Source of the DNA: Leucoraja erinacea | Lineage: Eukaryota | Direction of reading: 5' to 3' | Length of the DNA stretch: 64,000 nt | NCBI RefSeq assembly: GCF_028641065.1 | Contig: NC_073396.1 | Span: 1,054,001-1,118,000 of the forward strand | Shown here: piece by piece, positions 31,734 through 44,375 of the stretch | Layout of the letters: every line of letters starts with the position of its first letter | Numbering within the stretch: the first letter of the stretch is position 1 | The notes under the pieces: model-generated | Database searches by the model: none | What the model was told of the DNA's origin: nothing | What the model saw: only the letters and a program-made list of their open reading frames with translations | Translations under genes and position numbers: made by a program

Positions 31734-33842
31734 CACACGCCAGCTCTATCTTTGAAATGATTTATGATCCCATCCCAGCCCGGCTAATGTTACAGGCTAA
31801 ACGGAAATAGAGGCGTTCTGGCAGACGAGGTTTGCAGACCTGACCCACTGCGCTGCCACAGCCCATTGACAGAGTCTTACTCTAACTTGGCAATGGGCGA
31901 TGCCATGCGCTGTTGTTCAGTGAATGGCTGGAGGTACCTTTGTATGAATGGTTTCCAGCTGTTCCAAACACTGGACATTGGATACACAAGGAACTGCATA
32001 TGCTGGAGTCTGGAGCAACACACAAAGTACTGGAGGAACTCAACGGGTCAGGCAGCATCTGTGGATTTGGATAGAGAACATTTCGGATTGAGACCCTTGA
32101 TTGAAAGGTGCAGCAAGGGAACAAACCCAGAGTCCACGCCGACCATCGATCACCCATTGACACTAGTTCCACGTTGTCCCACTTCAGCATCCACACCCTG
32201 CACACACACTGGCAGCACCGGACGTCAGGATGGAACTCAGTAACTGGCGTTGTGAGGCAGCAGCTCTACCCGCTGATGGACTTAGAACAAAATAAAACAC
32301 ACACAGAAATACACAAGTCAGCCAGTCAGGAAGGAGAAGAGTTATGGTCATTCATTCTTATTGTGTGTCTTCCTTGAATCCCAATGCACAAAGTGGTTGA
32401 GGATACACTGACCGCACCCAGGTCCTCCTCTCGGGCATTTCCTGGCCACTGAGGAGCTGTCATTTCCAGTCTGGTTTTGTCAGACGTCTGATGAGAACAA
32501 TGTGTGAACTGAAACTCTTGCACAGGTGGGTCTGGGGAGGGGGTGGGTTGTGAGGGTGTTGTTTCCTGCACCCTGCAGTCTGGGTGTGCTCCCTAAATAC
32601 AGTTCATCGATTTTGAGCGGTTGTGGGCCTGAGATTAATCAATTAATATAACAGCTAGTAATAAGCAAACTGGAACGTGCACAAAGAAGATACGCAGTGC
32701 TGGAGTAACTCAGCGGGTCAGGCAGCATCTGTGGAGAATATGGATAGAAACATTACCTATCCATGTTCTCCAGAGATGCTGTCTGGCCAACGAGTTGCTC
32801 CAGCACAGTGGACTACAAGCTTATTTTTTTTTCGTTTTCATCTTGGTAGTGGCTGGGTTTTTGCTGTGTGGGGGGAAGATGTTTTAAATAAAATACTTCA
32901 TGAAAGATTAATTTGGATTGAAAATACATGTGTGAAAGTAATAGTATAATTACTCACTTAAATATCCAGACTTCCTCTAGTCCCTCTGCTATCATCATTA
33001 CAGTTTCACACGATTGCCAAGGTCCTTCACGGGCTAGCTAGAGTCTAGCGGAAAGAATAAACAGAGGTTTGGCTCAGTCTGTGTAAACGTGGTGGGATGG
33101 AGGATATGAGATCTAATGAGAATAACACAAACCAAACAATAAAGTGGATGTTAGGTACACAAAATTGCTGGAGAAACTCAGCGGGTGCAGCAGCATCTAT
33201 GGAGCGAAGGATGCTGCTGCACCCGCTGAGTTTCTCCAGCAATTTTGTGTATCTTCGATCTTCCAGCATCTGCAGTTCCTTCTTGAACAATAAAGTGGAT
33301 GTTACTTATTAGCCTTTAACATCCCCCTTCAGCTGACACTACTGACAATTGACAATAGACATTAGGTACAGGAGTAGGTCATTCGGTCCTTCGAGTCAGC
33401 ACCGACATTCAATGTGATCATGGCTGATCATCCCCAATCAGTACCCCGTTCCTGCCTTCTCTCCATATCCCCTGACTCCACTATCTTTAAGAGCCCTATC
33501 TGGCTCTCTCTTGAACGTATCCAGAGAACCGGCCTCCACCGCTCTCTGAGGCAGTGAATTCTCTGTGTGCGAAAGACGGTGTCATTTCTTATACCTTCTA
33601 TCCCATTACATACTTTCCCGGTTTTTACCACCGCACCTGACATACCCTCTAACTTAAAAATATATTTTCCCTCTCATTTTCCATTTCTGATGAAAGGTAA
33701 TCAGCCTGACTGAGAATTCTGTTTCGCTTTCCACAGTTGTCGCCTGACGGCTAAATATTTGTTGTACTTTCTGTATGTATGAAACATTAAGAAGGAATCG
33801 ACAAGTCAGACGGGGTAATCTACAAATAAAAAGGCACAAAAT

Positions 33843-34297
33843 ACTGGAGTAACTCAGCGGGTCAGGCAGCATCTGTGGAGAACATGGATAGGTGACGTTT
33901 CACAGAGTGCTGGAGTAACTCAGCGGGTCAGGCAGCATCTGTGGGGAACATGGATAGGTGACGTTTCACAGAATGCTGGAGTTACTCAGCGGGTCAGGCA
34001 GCATCTGTGGAGAACATGGATAGGTGACGTTTCACAGAGTGCTGGAGTAACTCAGCGGGTCAGGCAGCATCTGTGGAGAACATGGATAGGTGACGTTTCA
34101 CAGAGTGCTGGAGTAACTCAGCGGGTCAGGCAGCATCTGTGGAGAACATGGATAGGTGACGTTTCACAGAGTGCTGGAGTAACTCAGCGGGTCAGGCAGC
34201 ATCTGTGGAGAACATGGATAGGTGACGTTTCACAGAGTGCTGGAGTAACTCAGCGGGTCAGGCAGCATCTGTGGAGAACATGGATAGGTGACGTTTT
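33843..34297 (+). repeat. 66-bp tandem array (~7 copies)
   Basis: Same unit as at 4631. Confidence 0.93.
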
Positions 34298-35229
34298 GGG
34301 TCGGACCTCTTCTGATCTATAATCTCCAAACCCTATGCCCTTCCCACGTTGAACTTCATCTGACTTCTAAATTTCTAATCCTCTTTATTGACCATTTACT
34401 CGCACTTTTGATTTGTTTTCTCTTTGCAAATTCTTTGTCCGCGTTTAGCTGCCTTTAGAATCTATTTCGCAAACTTCCTCATAAATCTTCTTCTGTGCTT
34501 CCCATCTCAAATCTGCACCATTCTCTCTTTCCCCTGTTGAATTGATGGCCTTTCACAAAAACTCTTTCATATAATTGCTCATGCGATAGATTTTTTCAAT
34601 TCAGTCATCACAACACCAGGAGGCTTTTCATATTTCCACAACAAAGGTTCGTAAATTCTTGGAACAGAATTAGGTGGACTATATCTGCTGCTTGGACAGG
34701 GTGAATGCACAGTGTATTTTACACGGAGTAGAAGAATCAAGAACATAGAAACATAAAAAATAGGTGCAGGGGGAGGCCATTCGGCCCTTTGAGCCAGCAG
34801 TGCCATTCATTGTGATCATGACTGACATAGGTTTAAGTTTGAGAGGAGGAAGATTGAATGAGAATCTGAGGGGTAACTTTTTCACACAGAGGGTGGTGGG
34901 TGTATGGAACGAGCTGCCAGAGGAGGTAGTTGAGGCTGGGACTATCCCAACGTTTAAGAAACATTTAGACAGGTACATGGATCAGACAGGTTTAGAAACA
35001 TAGAAACATAGAAATTAGGTGCAGGAGTAGGCCATTCGGCCCTTCGAGCCTGCACCGCCATTCAATATGATCATGGCTGATCATCCAACTCAGTATCCCG
35101 TACCTGCCTTAGGGATTTGGAGGGATATGGGCCAAACGCAGGCAGGTGGGACTGGTGTAGATGAGGCATGTTGGCCGGTATGGGCAAGTTGGGCCGAAGG
35201 GCCAGTTTCCACACTGTATCACTCTCTGT

Positions 35230-35313
35230 GACACAGACGCTGGTCCTCCAACGCCTCCCGCCCGCAGGGTGGCGCTGTGACCACCCCGGTTCCGGTTCCG
35301 GTTCCGGTGAGGG
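35230..35313 (+). promoter_or_regulatory. ECI1 CpG promoter with CTCF-like and tandem ETS-like sites
   Basis: CCGCAGGGTGGCGCTG at ~35262-35277; three tandem CCGGAA on the minus strand at ~35286-35307. Confidence 0.5.
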
Positions 35314-35350
35314 ATGGCGGCGGCGCTGGCGGCCCGAGGCCCGGGGACGG
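35314..35350 (+). CDS. ECI1: ECI1 exon 1
   Basis: MAAALAARGPGT(G); gggATGG Kozak context, GTTAGT donor, CpG island; phase matches exon 2. Confidence 0.75.
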
Positions 35351-35401
35351 GTTAGTGTCACGTCACGCGTCATGCCCCTCCCCCCCCCCCCCCCATTTAC
35401 T

Positions 35402-35439
<38 letters not shown>

Positions 35440-38400
35440 GGGACCACGGGCAGGGTGGTGTCCCCCCTCCTCACCCCTCACCCCCCCCTCTGGGGGCCGG
35501 GCCCAGGTGTATGTTATTTCCCCCCCCCCCCCCCTGGGGGTCAGTGGCCCCATGGTGGAGAGCGCGGGCCTCACTGCAGCACCCGCTGGGGAGAGGAGGG
35601 GCAGTGGGCACAGGGCCAGCAGACCGTACATTGTCAGTGAACAGCACCCATCCCAAACAGCAAACAGCCCCCACCCCATCCCCCGAACCAGCACCCCCCC
35701 CCCCAAACAGCCCCACCCCCCCAAACAGCACCCATCCCCCAACAGCACCCCCCCCCCCAAACAGCACCCATCCCTACCCCCCCAAACAGCACCCACCCCT
35801 ACCCCCCAAACAGCACCCATCCCCCAAACCCACCCACCCCCAAACAGCACCCACCCCTACCCCCCCAAACAGCACCCACCCCCTACCCCCCCAAACAGCA
35901 CCCACCCCATCCCCCCAACCAGCACCCACCCCTACCCCCCCCAACCAGCCCACCCATACCCCCCCCCCAAACAGCACCCATCCCCCAACCAGCACCCATC
36001 CCCCCAAACAGCACCCACCCCCCCAAACAGCACCCATCCCCCCAACCAGCACCCATCCCCCCCAACCAGCACCCATCCCCCCCAAACAGCACCCATCCCC
36101 CCAAACAGCACCCATCCCTGGCGACAGCACCCATCCCCTGGTTGAGCACCCTAAGACCAGTGTCCAGTGTAGCACCTATCATGGGACCAGTGCCTAGAGC
36201 AGCAGCATCCGCAGTGCCACAGCAGTGCTGTTATCCTGCCCAGCACCACTGCAGCCTGCACCACTACCCAGCACCACTCCAGCCCGTAGCACTGCCCAGT
36301 TCCAATGCCTATCTCATATCATTACAGCACTAAACGAAACACAAAGTGTTGGAGGATTGCAGTTTCTCCGGCACCATCTGTGGAGGTACAGACAACATTT
36401 TGGGCCGGGACCCTGCTTCACACTGCCTGGAGTAAGGGGGAGAAAGCTGGAACCCACCGCCCTCTAACCCCCTGTACTTGCCATGCCCCCTCCACCATGG
36501 TGTACACACACACACACACACACATATCTTCCCCCACACTTGTTACCCATTCTGCCTACACTCAAGTGGGTCAAAGAGAATACAAGTCAATGAATATACT
36601 GGGAGATCCAACATTTCTTGCAGCGTTCTTTTCGCAGTGCTCTGCAATCTTATTTGTAGAAATTGATTACATTTGGATCTAGTATTTCACAAAACCGCCA
36701 ACTTTTGTATTTGAGCTGTCTAATATAGACTAAGCCATTTAATGTTCAGCAGAGTGGCTAAAACCATTTAAAGGAGATATGCAGTGCAATAGTCTTTCAG
36801 GTGGGCTCCTGGTTCCCAAGATGGCGCCCAACCCAGGCGACTATTTGCGTGCTAGCCATGGAAGCAGATCTACAAACAAGTATTACAATCGCTCCGCTCT
36901 CTGAAATCTCTACTCCTGAAGCAACATTTCTTACACTGTAAATGGTTCGATTGTAATCATGTATTGCCTTTCTACTGGTACACAAAAATGCTGGAGAAAC
37001 TCAGCGGGTGCAGCAGCATCTATGGAGCGAAGGAAATAGGCGACGTTTCGGACCGAAACCCTTCTTCAGACTGATGGGGGGTGGGGGGGGAGGAGCCCGA
37101 GGGGGGGGGGGGGGGGAGGAGACAGCTCGAGGGTTAAGGAAGGGGAGGAGACAGCAAGGGCTAGCAAAACTGGGAGAATTCAACGTTCATGCCATCCGGA
37201 CGCAAGCAACCCAGGCGGAATATGAGGCGCTGTTCCTCCAATTTCCAGTGTTGCTCACTCTGGCAATGGAGGAGACCCAGGGCAGAGAGGTCGGATTGGG
37301 AATGGGAGGGGGAGTTGAAGTGCTGAGCCACCCGGAGCTCAGGTAGGTTATTGTGGACTGAGCGGAGGTGTTCGGCGAAACGATCGCCCAACCTCTGCTT
37401 AGTCTTTCTACTAACTGGTTAGTACGCAACTATAGCTTTTCATTGTGCCTCGGTACACGTGACAATAAACTGAACTGACTGGACAGAACTGAGCTGGGCG
37501 TTCAGGTAATAGAGGCATATGGTTCAGCACGATGTTAATCAAAACAGAGTGCTGGAGGAACTCAGAGGATCAGGCAGCACCTGTGGAGGGAATGGACAAG
37601 AGAGGTTTTGGTTTGGGACCCTTCTTCAGGCTTTCAGTGGAAGAGATACCGATGGGTTAGATGTCCATTCAATACTATACCGGTTATTTTTTTTGTGTTT
37701 TAGGACGTACTTCACTTTATGGCATTACAAAATTACTACATAAGCACGGAAGGATTTTGTGTCAATTACCATGCAAGTCATCAAGCCAGAGGAGGGCGTT
37801 CACAAATAAGAACATGGCTGTCGAACTGGACACCAACACAGGTAATTTAACAAGAATCTTGCTCTGTAATCTTTTGCAGATGAAGCAAGGACCAATGTGG
37901 GCACTTTGGAGACAGAGACAGAAGAATTTATAAATGGAAAGTAAAAAATGGTCCAGGAATTAAACAATTACCATGTGCTTGATCCATAGAAGAAGACACA
38001 GAAAGATTGCTGAATAAAATGGAGAAGCTAGTGTCGAATGAGAATGATAAACTACAGGTCTTTACTGTTCGTGACAAAATAGTACGAGAGAAGTGATTGA
38101 GCTTGGAACTCGAGTCCCAAAGACCTGATGTTAAGGTCTCTAAAGTTAACCTGGTTAACTTTATATATAGTGGATCCTCAGGGAGACATCTTTCAAGAGT
38201 CTATAAATTTTAGAATTGTCACTGTGATAGCAAGGTAGCAAATGTGACCCCAATTTTAGAACGGAAAAAGCCTGCAAACCAAACAACTAATCTGTTAATC
38301 GAACTTCTGGGTTAGTTTAATTTTTGTTGTAATTGAATGGCCAGGTTTGGACTGAGACAGACTCAGTCATTTGATGTCATTTACAGAAAGTGCTGTCCAC

Positions 38401-41400
38401 AACCATGCCTTACGCTGTCTGAGAATGGTAAGTATCAGTGGGCTGAGGATTAATCCGTTTGCTAATTGAATAAGGAGTTTTCTGTCAACTTGGACATATC
38501 TGGCTAACATTTTGTTGCGTAAAAGAACAACACAAACACTTTGTAGAAACAAAGGACCTGCTGATGCAAGTTAATAGAAAAAAGGGCAGAGTGTTGGAGT
38601 AACTCAGCGGGTCAGGCAGCATCTGTGGAGAACATGGATAGGTGACGTTTCACAGAGTGCTGGTGTAACTCAGAGGGTCAGGCAGCATCTGTGGATAACA
38701 GGGATAGGCGGCATTTCACAGAGTGCTGGAGTAACTCAGCGGGTCAGGCAGCATCTGTGGAGAACATGGATAGGTGACGTTTCACAGAGTGCTGGAGTAA
38801 CTCAGCGGGCCAGCCAGGCAGCATCTGTGGAGAACATGGATAGGTGACGTTTCACAGAGTGCTGGAGTAACTCAGAGGGTCAGGCAGCATCTGTGGAGAA
38901 CATGGATAGGTGACGTTTCACAGAGTGCTGGAGTAACTCAGAGGGTCAGGCAGCATCTGTGGAGAACATGGATAGGTGACATTTTACAGAGTGCTGGAGT
39001 AACTCAGCGAGTCAGGCAGCATCTCTGGAGAACATGGACAGGTGACGTTCTGAAGGAGGGTCTTGACCTGAAACTTCACCTATCTATGTTCACCAGGGAA
39101 GCTACTTGATCTGTTGAATTACTCCAGCACTTTGTGTCCTTGTGTAGAAAATAGTTTAACGTTTATAACTTTTTTTCAGGAGTGGCTGTGATTAAAATGC
39201 AGAAGCCTCCTGTTAACAGTCTCAGCCTGGAATTTCTCACGGAGTTTGCAATTAGCATGGAAAAGCTGGAGATGGATCGGGAATGTCGTGGAGTGATTCT
39301 CACTTCTGTATGTATGATGAATAACTCTGCTTCACTGAATCATGGAATGATATACCATTTGACCCATCATGACTATGAAGACTCATTAGTAGACTCCCGT
39401 GCATATTTTTCCTATATCTATTAATCTAGGAAATATCTAATTCCCATTTAATTGCTATGATTGAACCTATCTTTTGCATCATTTTGTTTTGTGCATTTCA
39501 CGACACACCAACATGTGTACAGCAGATGTAGAAACAAGGAACTGCACATGCAGGTTTACAAAAAAGACACCAAGTGCTGGACTCAGCGGGTCTGGCAGCA
39601 TCTCTGGAGAGCATGGATAGGTACAAAGTGCTGGAGTAATACAGTGAGTCAGGCTGCATCTCTGGAGAGCATGGATATGTGATGTTTTGGATCGAGATGG
39701 CTGTCTTCTGGTACAAGAATATGATAATTAAGAACCAGATGATGTAGGTTTAAGGTGAAAGGAGAAAGATTTAATAGGAACTGGAGGGGCAACTTTTTCC
39801 ACACAGAAGGCAGTGGGCATGTGGAATGCCAGAGGTGGTTGAGGCAGGTTATTATAACAACATTTATAAGACATTTAGCAGGTACATGGATAGGAAAGGT
39901 TTAGAGAGATTTGGGCCAAATGCGGGCAGGTGGCACTAGCTCATAGGCAGAGTTGTAGAGTTACAGTATGGAAACAGGCCCTTCGACCCAACTTGCTGAT
40001 GCTGCCAAGATGCCCCATCTACACCTGCCCATGAGGCATCTTGCTCGGCATGGACAAGTTGGGCCAAAAGGCCTGTTTCCGTGCCGAATGTCTATATAAT
40101 TCTGATAGGCACATATTAAATGGTAATGAGATTACTGCTCTTTTGAATTAATGATGTGGCACCAATGTGTAAAATGAGTAATTGAATTTTCAAATGAAAT
40201 CGCACAAGTTTATCCCAATAATCTTCCCATGTGCTTGAACTGGTCCATATTTCGGAAAGCTAAAATGGAATTGTGCTTTAATTTTAGTCTATTCCCAACA
40301 TCTTTTCTGCTGGTTTGGATATCACCGAGATGTGTGGGAAGTCCCCAGAACATACGGGGGAGTTCTGGAGATCAGTGCAGGAAATGTGGTTGAAACTCTA
40401 CGGATCCAGCCTAGTGACCATCGCTGCCATCAATGTAAGTGGCACAGCCGTCTTTCAATTGAATTGAATTGAATACGTTTTATTAGCCAAGTATGCATAC
40501 ATACAAGGAATTTGCCTTGGTGCTTTGCTCGCAAGGATAACAATACAACATACAGTAGACAATTAAAAATAAAACATTATAATCTAAATATGTGAAGAAT
40601 AAAATAAAATACCAGAGCAAAAGGAGGCTACAGACTTTTGGCTGTTGAGTAGAGCTACTGCTCATGGGGAAAAAAAGCTGTTTTTATGTCTGGCTGTGGC
40701 AGCTTTGACAATCCGGAGTCGCCTTCCAGAGGGAAGTGATTCAAAGAGTTTGTGGCCAGGGTGAGATGGGTCAGAGATGATCTTGCCCGCTCGCTTCCCG
40801 GCCCTTGCAGTGTACAGTTCATCAATGGGGGGGAGATTGCAGCCAATAACCTTCTCTGCTGATCGTACAATGCACTGCAGCCTCCGGGTGTCGTGCTTGG
40901 TGGCTGAGCCAAACCAGACCATTATGGAGAAGGTGAGGACAGACTCTATGATGGTAGTGTAAAACTGGGCCATCATTGCCTGTGGCAGATTTAATGATTT
41001 GTAATTTACAAATCATTTGTTTAAGTTGTTACTTATCCTCACATTTTTCAAGGAAGGGGCAATGAAACTGAAACATGAAGATTGACAGATCCACGTTCAT
41101 TTAGGCACCTCACTATCATCATTTATTTGCAAAGTCAAACAGATTTTGGACCTTATTTGAATGGATAAGCACCCAATGTGTACATTACGGATACTTTGGA
41201 TGGGACTAAAAAGTGCAGAAGGATAAAACAAAAACAGAAAATGGTGGACACACTCAGCAGGTCAGGCTGCATCTGTGGAGAGTGAGAGATGCAGAGAGAA
41301 CATTTCAGTTGGGACACCCACTGTAAGAACTGAAAAGGTGACAAAAGAAAGTCGCAAAACTGCAGAGAGGGGGATGATGAGCTAAAACTGGGGTGACCAC

Positions 41401-43221
41401 TGATGCTGCCTGACCCTTTCAGTTTCTCCAGCATCTTGTTCTTCAAACCTAGATTTTTGTACTTGTGGTTCTAATTGGAACGTAAATACACCTTGAGTCC
41501 AAACTAACAGCGGAGGCATGGCATTCTGTCGCTCTCTCTCTCTGCTCATAGCTGTGTTGTCTGACAGACCTTTATTAAAAGCAACGATTGTAATTAAAAA
41601 GTAACATTAGTTTGGCTGTGCTGCTGTTGTAGTAACTCGGTGTAAGGTGTGAAGCTGCCGTGTCTGTTGTGAATTGCAGGGAGCCAGCCCAGCTGGGGGA
41701 TGTCTCATGGCTATGTCATGTGACTACCGAATCATGGCAGATCACCCAAAGTATCAAATCGGCCTGAACGAGACGAAGCTGGGGATTGTTGCACCGTTCT
41801 GGTACGTTGTCACGCAGCCCTCCGCTGAACTTTACACATCTACCTGTCTCTACCCAGCAGCTACGGTCACCCATCTACCTGCCTGGCTCCATCTGCCCAT
41901 CACTCTCTCCCTCACCTGGTTCCAGTTGACGCCGCCAGCTCCTGCCTCCCCCTTGCCCTCACCTCTTTACACTCTCTCCCCTCCCTGCTCTCAGTCCTGA
42001 TGCAGGGCCTTGACCCGAAATGTCGAGTCCCCTTTGCCTCCACAGATGCTGCCTGACCCTCTGACTGCCTCATCAGTTTGTTTATGTGCCATTTATTAAA
42101 TAGCGAATGGATTTTGGTTAATGTGGCTCTTTCTCCATGTCATTGGCAAAGGTTCAAGGACACAATAACAAACACCATAGGGAGGCGGGCAGCCGAGCGT
42201 TCCCTCCAACTTGGCCTCTTGTACCCTGCCCCAGAGGCTTTGAGAATCGGACTTGTCGATCACCTCGTACCACAGGATAAAGTTATGCCAACTGCTTTAA
42301 GCACCATGTCAGAATGGTTGACTATTCCAGGTAAAACTGGTCTGACTTTATAAATCATAAAATAGTTCCGATGATTTTTGTTTTTCAGGAAGATCTTATT
42401 TTATTCCTGCACAAAATTAAAGAACAATGCGTGCGCAAGAAAGTTTGCTGAAAATGTACTCGGTGTTGTTAGAAATGATAACGTGACTTTCTCAGTTGGA
42501 AAAGCAAACAATTTGTTATTTTAGCTCTGAATTTTGTGATCTTTTCACATTGAGGAAGCCTTTAAAATGTCCGTGGTGCTTTTATAATTCAGCTTCTATG
42601 TTCTTTATGTGCAAAGCTGATTTTGCAAGCCAAAATTAATAACTGCACTGGGCTGTAATAACCTGTGCCCAGAATGCCATGTGCTATGATCAGCCATGAT
42701 CACATTGAATGACGGTGCTGGCATGAAGGGCCGAATGGCCTACTCCTGTACCTATTGTCTATACCAGTTAGGGACAGTATAATTAGCTGCCATACTTGAG
42801 GAAGCACCTCCTGTAGATCCCTTCGATGGTACAGAGCTCAGTGCTCCTGGTGGACCGGGCAAGATTAGGTGAATTTAGTGAATTACACACAGCTTGATTG
42901 GCAAGTCTTAATGTAAGACATTACTTTATTAGCTTGAACGTGCTTTTTATTCCTGTGTCCCAATGTTATTTAAATTAACAAATTATTTGGAGTCAGGTTT
43001 TGTCCTTCAGTTTCTTCACAGATCCGTTACCTTTTCGAATGGTTTACCTTGCAGATCACGCTCGACAGATCACTAAGGCCATGATGCGGAAGCCAACACT
43101 CGATCGGCTTTTGACTCAACGCGAATCAGATATACAAAATTTTGTCAATTTTGTCAGCAAAGATTCTATTCAGAAATCGCTTGAGATGTACATGGGGATG
43201 CTAAAACAAAGAAAAAGCTGA
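35314..43221 (+). CDS. ECI1: Enoyl-CoA delta isomerase 1, mitochondrial; 7 exons, 305 aa
   Basis: Exons 35314-35350, 37704-37841, 39180-39307, 40288-40434, 41680-41801, 42152-42330, 43055-43221 (918 nt). Crotonase-fold motifs PPVNSL, FSAGLD, AINGASPAGG and IGLNE (catalytic Glu); basic N-terminal presequence. Confidence 0.95.
35640..36140. repeat. C-rich minisatellite (AACAGCACCCATCCCCC-like unit) in ECI1 intron 1
   Basis: Visible tandem units; produces spurious Pro-rich and Gly-rich ORFs. Confidence 0.9.
36977..37400 (-). mobile_element. Penelope-like element 3' end: GIY-YIG endonuclease C-terminus plus pseudo-LTR
   Basis: GDRFAEHLRSV...VAQHFNSPSH...KLEEQRLIFRLGCLRPDGMNVEF, followed by CTGAAGAAGGGTTTCGGTCCGAAACGTC. 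Confidence 0.85.
37704..37841 (+). CDS. ECI1: ECI1 exon 2
   Basis: GRTSLYGITKLLHKHG...SQRRAFTNKNMAVELDTNT(G); presequence and likely cleavage region. Confidence 0.82.
38591..39049 (+). repeat. 66-bp tandem array (~7 copies)
   Basis: Same unit as at 4631. Confidence 0.93.
39180..39307 (+). CDS. ECI1: ECI1 exon 3
   Basis: VAVIKMQKPPVNSLSLEFLTEFAISMEKLEMDRECRGVILTS. Confidence 0.95.
40288..40434 (+). CDS. ECI1: ECI1 exon 4
   Basis: SIPNIFSAGLDITEMCGKSPEHTGEFWRSVQEMWLKLYGSSLVTIAAIN. Confidence 0.95.
40457..40990 (-). mobile_element. Rex1/Babar-type LINE 3' end in ECI1 intron 4
   Basis: FYTTIIESVLTFSIMVWFG...HPGHKLFESLPSGRR; (AATTC)n tail. Confidence 0.82.
41680..41801 (+). CDS. ECI1: ECI1 exon 5
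   Basis: GASPAGGCLMAMSCDYRIMADHPKYQIGLNETKLGIVAPFW. Confidence 0.96.
42152..42330 (+). CDS. ECI1: ECI1 exon 6
   Basis: FKDTITNTIGRRAAERSLQLGLLY...WLTIP. Confidence 0.95.
43055..43221 (+). CDS. ECI1: ECI1 exon 7
   Basis: DHARQITKAMMRKPT...SIQKSLEMYMGMLKQRKS*; AATAAA at 43419-43424. Confidence 0.95.
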
Positions 43222-44017
43222 GTTACCTTGTCCTTATGCAGGGAGGCTCAGCTTACTGGATAATTACTCCTGGGACTCTCTTAATATCACTTCTCTTTAA
43301 TTGTTCCAAAAGATTTGGGAATGTTTCTGTTATGTTATCAATGACAGGTTTCAGCCTTTTCCAAATGACTACAAGACAGACTGAATTAGTGTCCAGACCA
43401 TTGCAATATAAAATATGCAATAAAGTGCCTAAATTTGTGCCAGTCTCTTGATTGTGTAGATTAATCAAGGATAATGCCTCAATAATAATATTTTCATGGT
43501 GTATCTACTATTTTTACTTATTTGGTTGAATCTTTCGAAAGCAAGTCCAGGCATTAATTTGGGCATTCAGCACTTAAACTTTGTTGGGATGCTAAACTTG
43601 TTTTTCGTTTTCCAGAGAACTTTTTAAAGAATGTCTCTTTCAAATGAGTAAGTGATTTGTAGTAATCTGTTCTATGTATGGAACCAAATCTGCAGAGTGG
43701 CTTACATTAGGGGACAGAATAAACTTTTATACAACTGTCTTTCTCTATGATCTTAACATAGTTGTTGTAGGTGAGTGAAAGATAACTGACAATCGGGTGA
43801 TTGAGATAAAGTATGATTTGTCACATGTACCGAGGTACAGTGGAATACACTTTGGTATACAGTTCAGAACAAGTATCACTATACATAAACGCTTAGATAC
43901 ATCTTAGATGAGCACCTCAGATACAGTACAAGTGTATAGCAGTAGCACACTGAGACAGTACACAGAGTCGACAGCTTGGCATCATTTTCAAGTCCTCACT
44001 GTGATGCACCAGGTGTT

Positions 44018-44375
44018 AGAAACACAAAAATAGGTGCAGGAGTAGGCCATTCAGCCCTCCGAGCCAGCACCACCATTCAATATAATCATGCCTGATCATC
44101 TAAAATCAGTACCCCATTCCTGCTCTTCCCCGCCATATCCCTTGATTCCTTTAGCCCTAAGAGCTAAATCTAACTCCCTTGAAAAGATCCAGTGAATTGG
44201 CCTCCACTGCCTCTGTGGCAGAGAATTCCACAGATTCACAACTCTCTGGGTGAAGGAAGTTTTTCCTCATCTCAGTCCTAAATGGCCTGCCCCTTATTTT
44301 TAAACTGTGACGCCTGGTTCTGATCTCCCCTAGCATTGGGAACATTTTTCCTGTGTCCTACCTGTCCAATCCTAT
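44018..44375 (-). mobile_element. CR1-like LINE 3' end
   Basis: Same ORF2 C-terminus and 3' UTR. Confidence 0.85.

Noticed and set aside
33843-34297. CRISPR-like appearance of the 66-bp arrays and the 30-bp array at 23690
   Set aside because: Units are contiguous with no unique spacers, there are no cas genes, and the context is vertebrate; these are tandem repeats.
35071-36197. Extensin/mucin-like ORFs of 259-325 aa
   Set aside because: Translation of the C-rich minisatellite in ECI1 intron 1.
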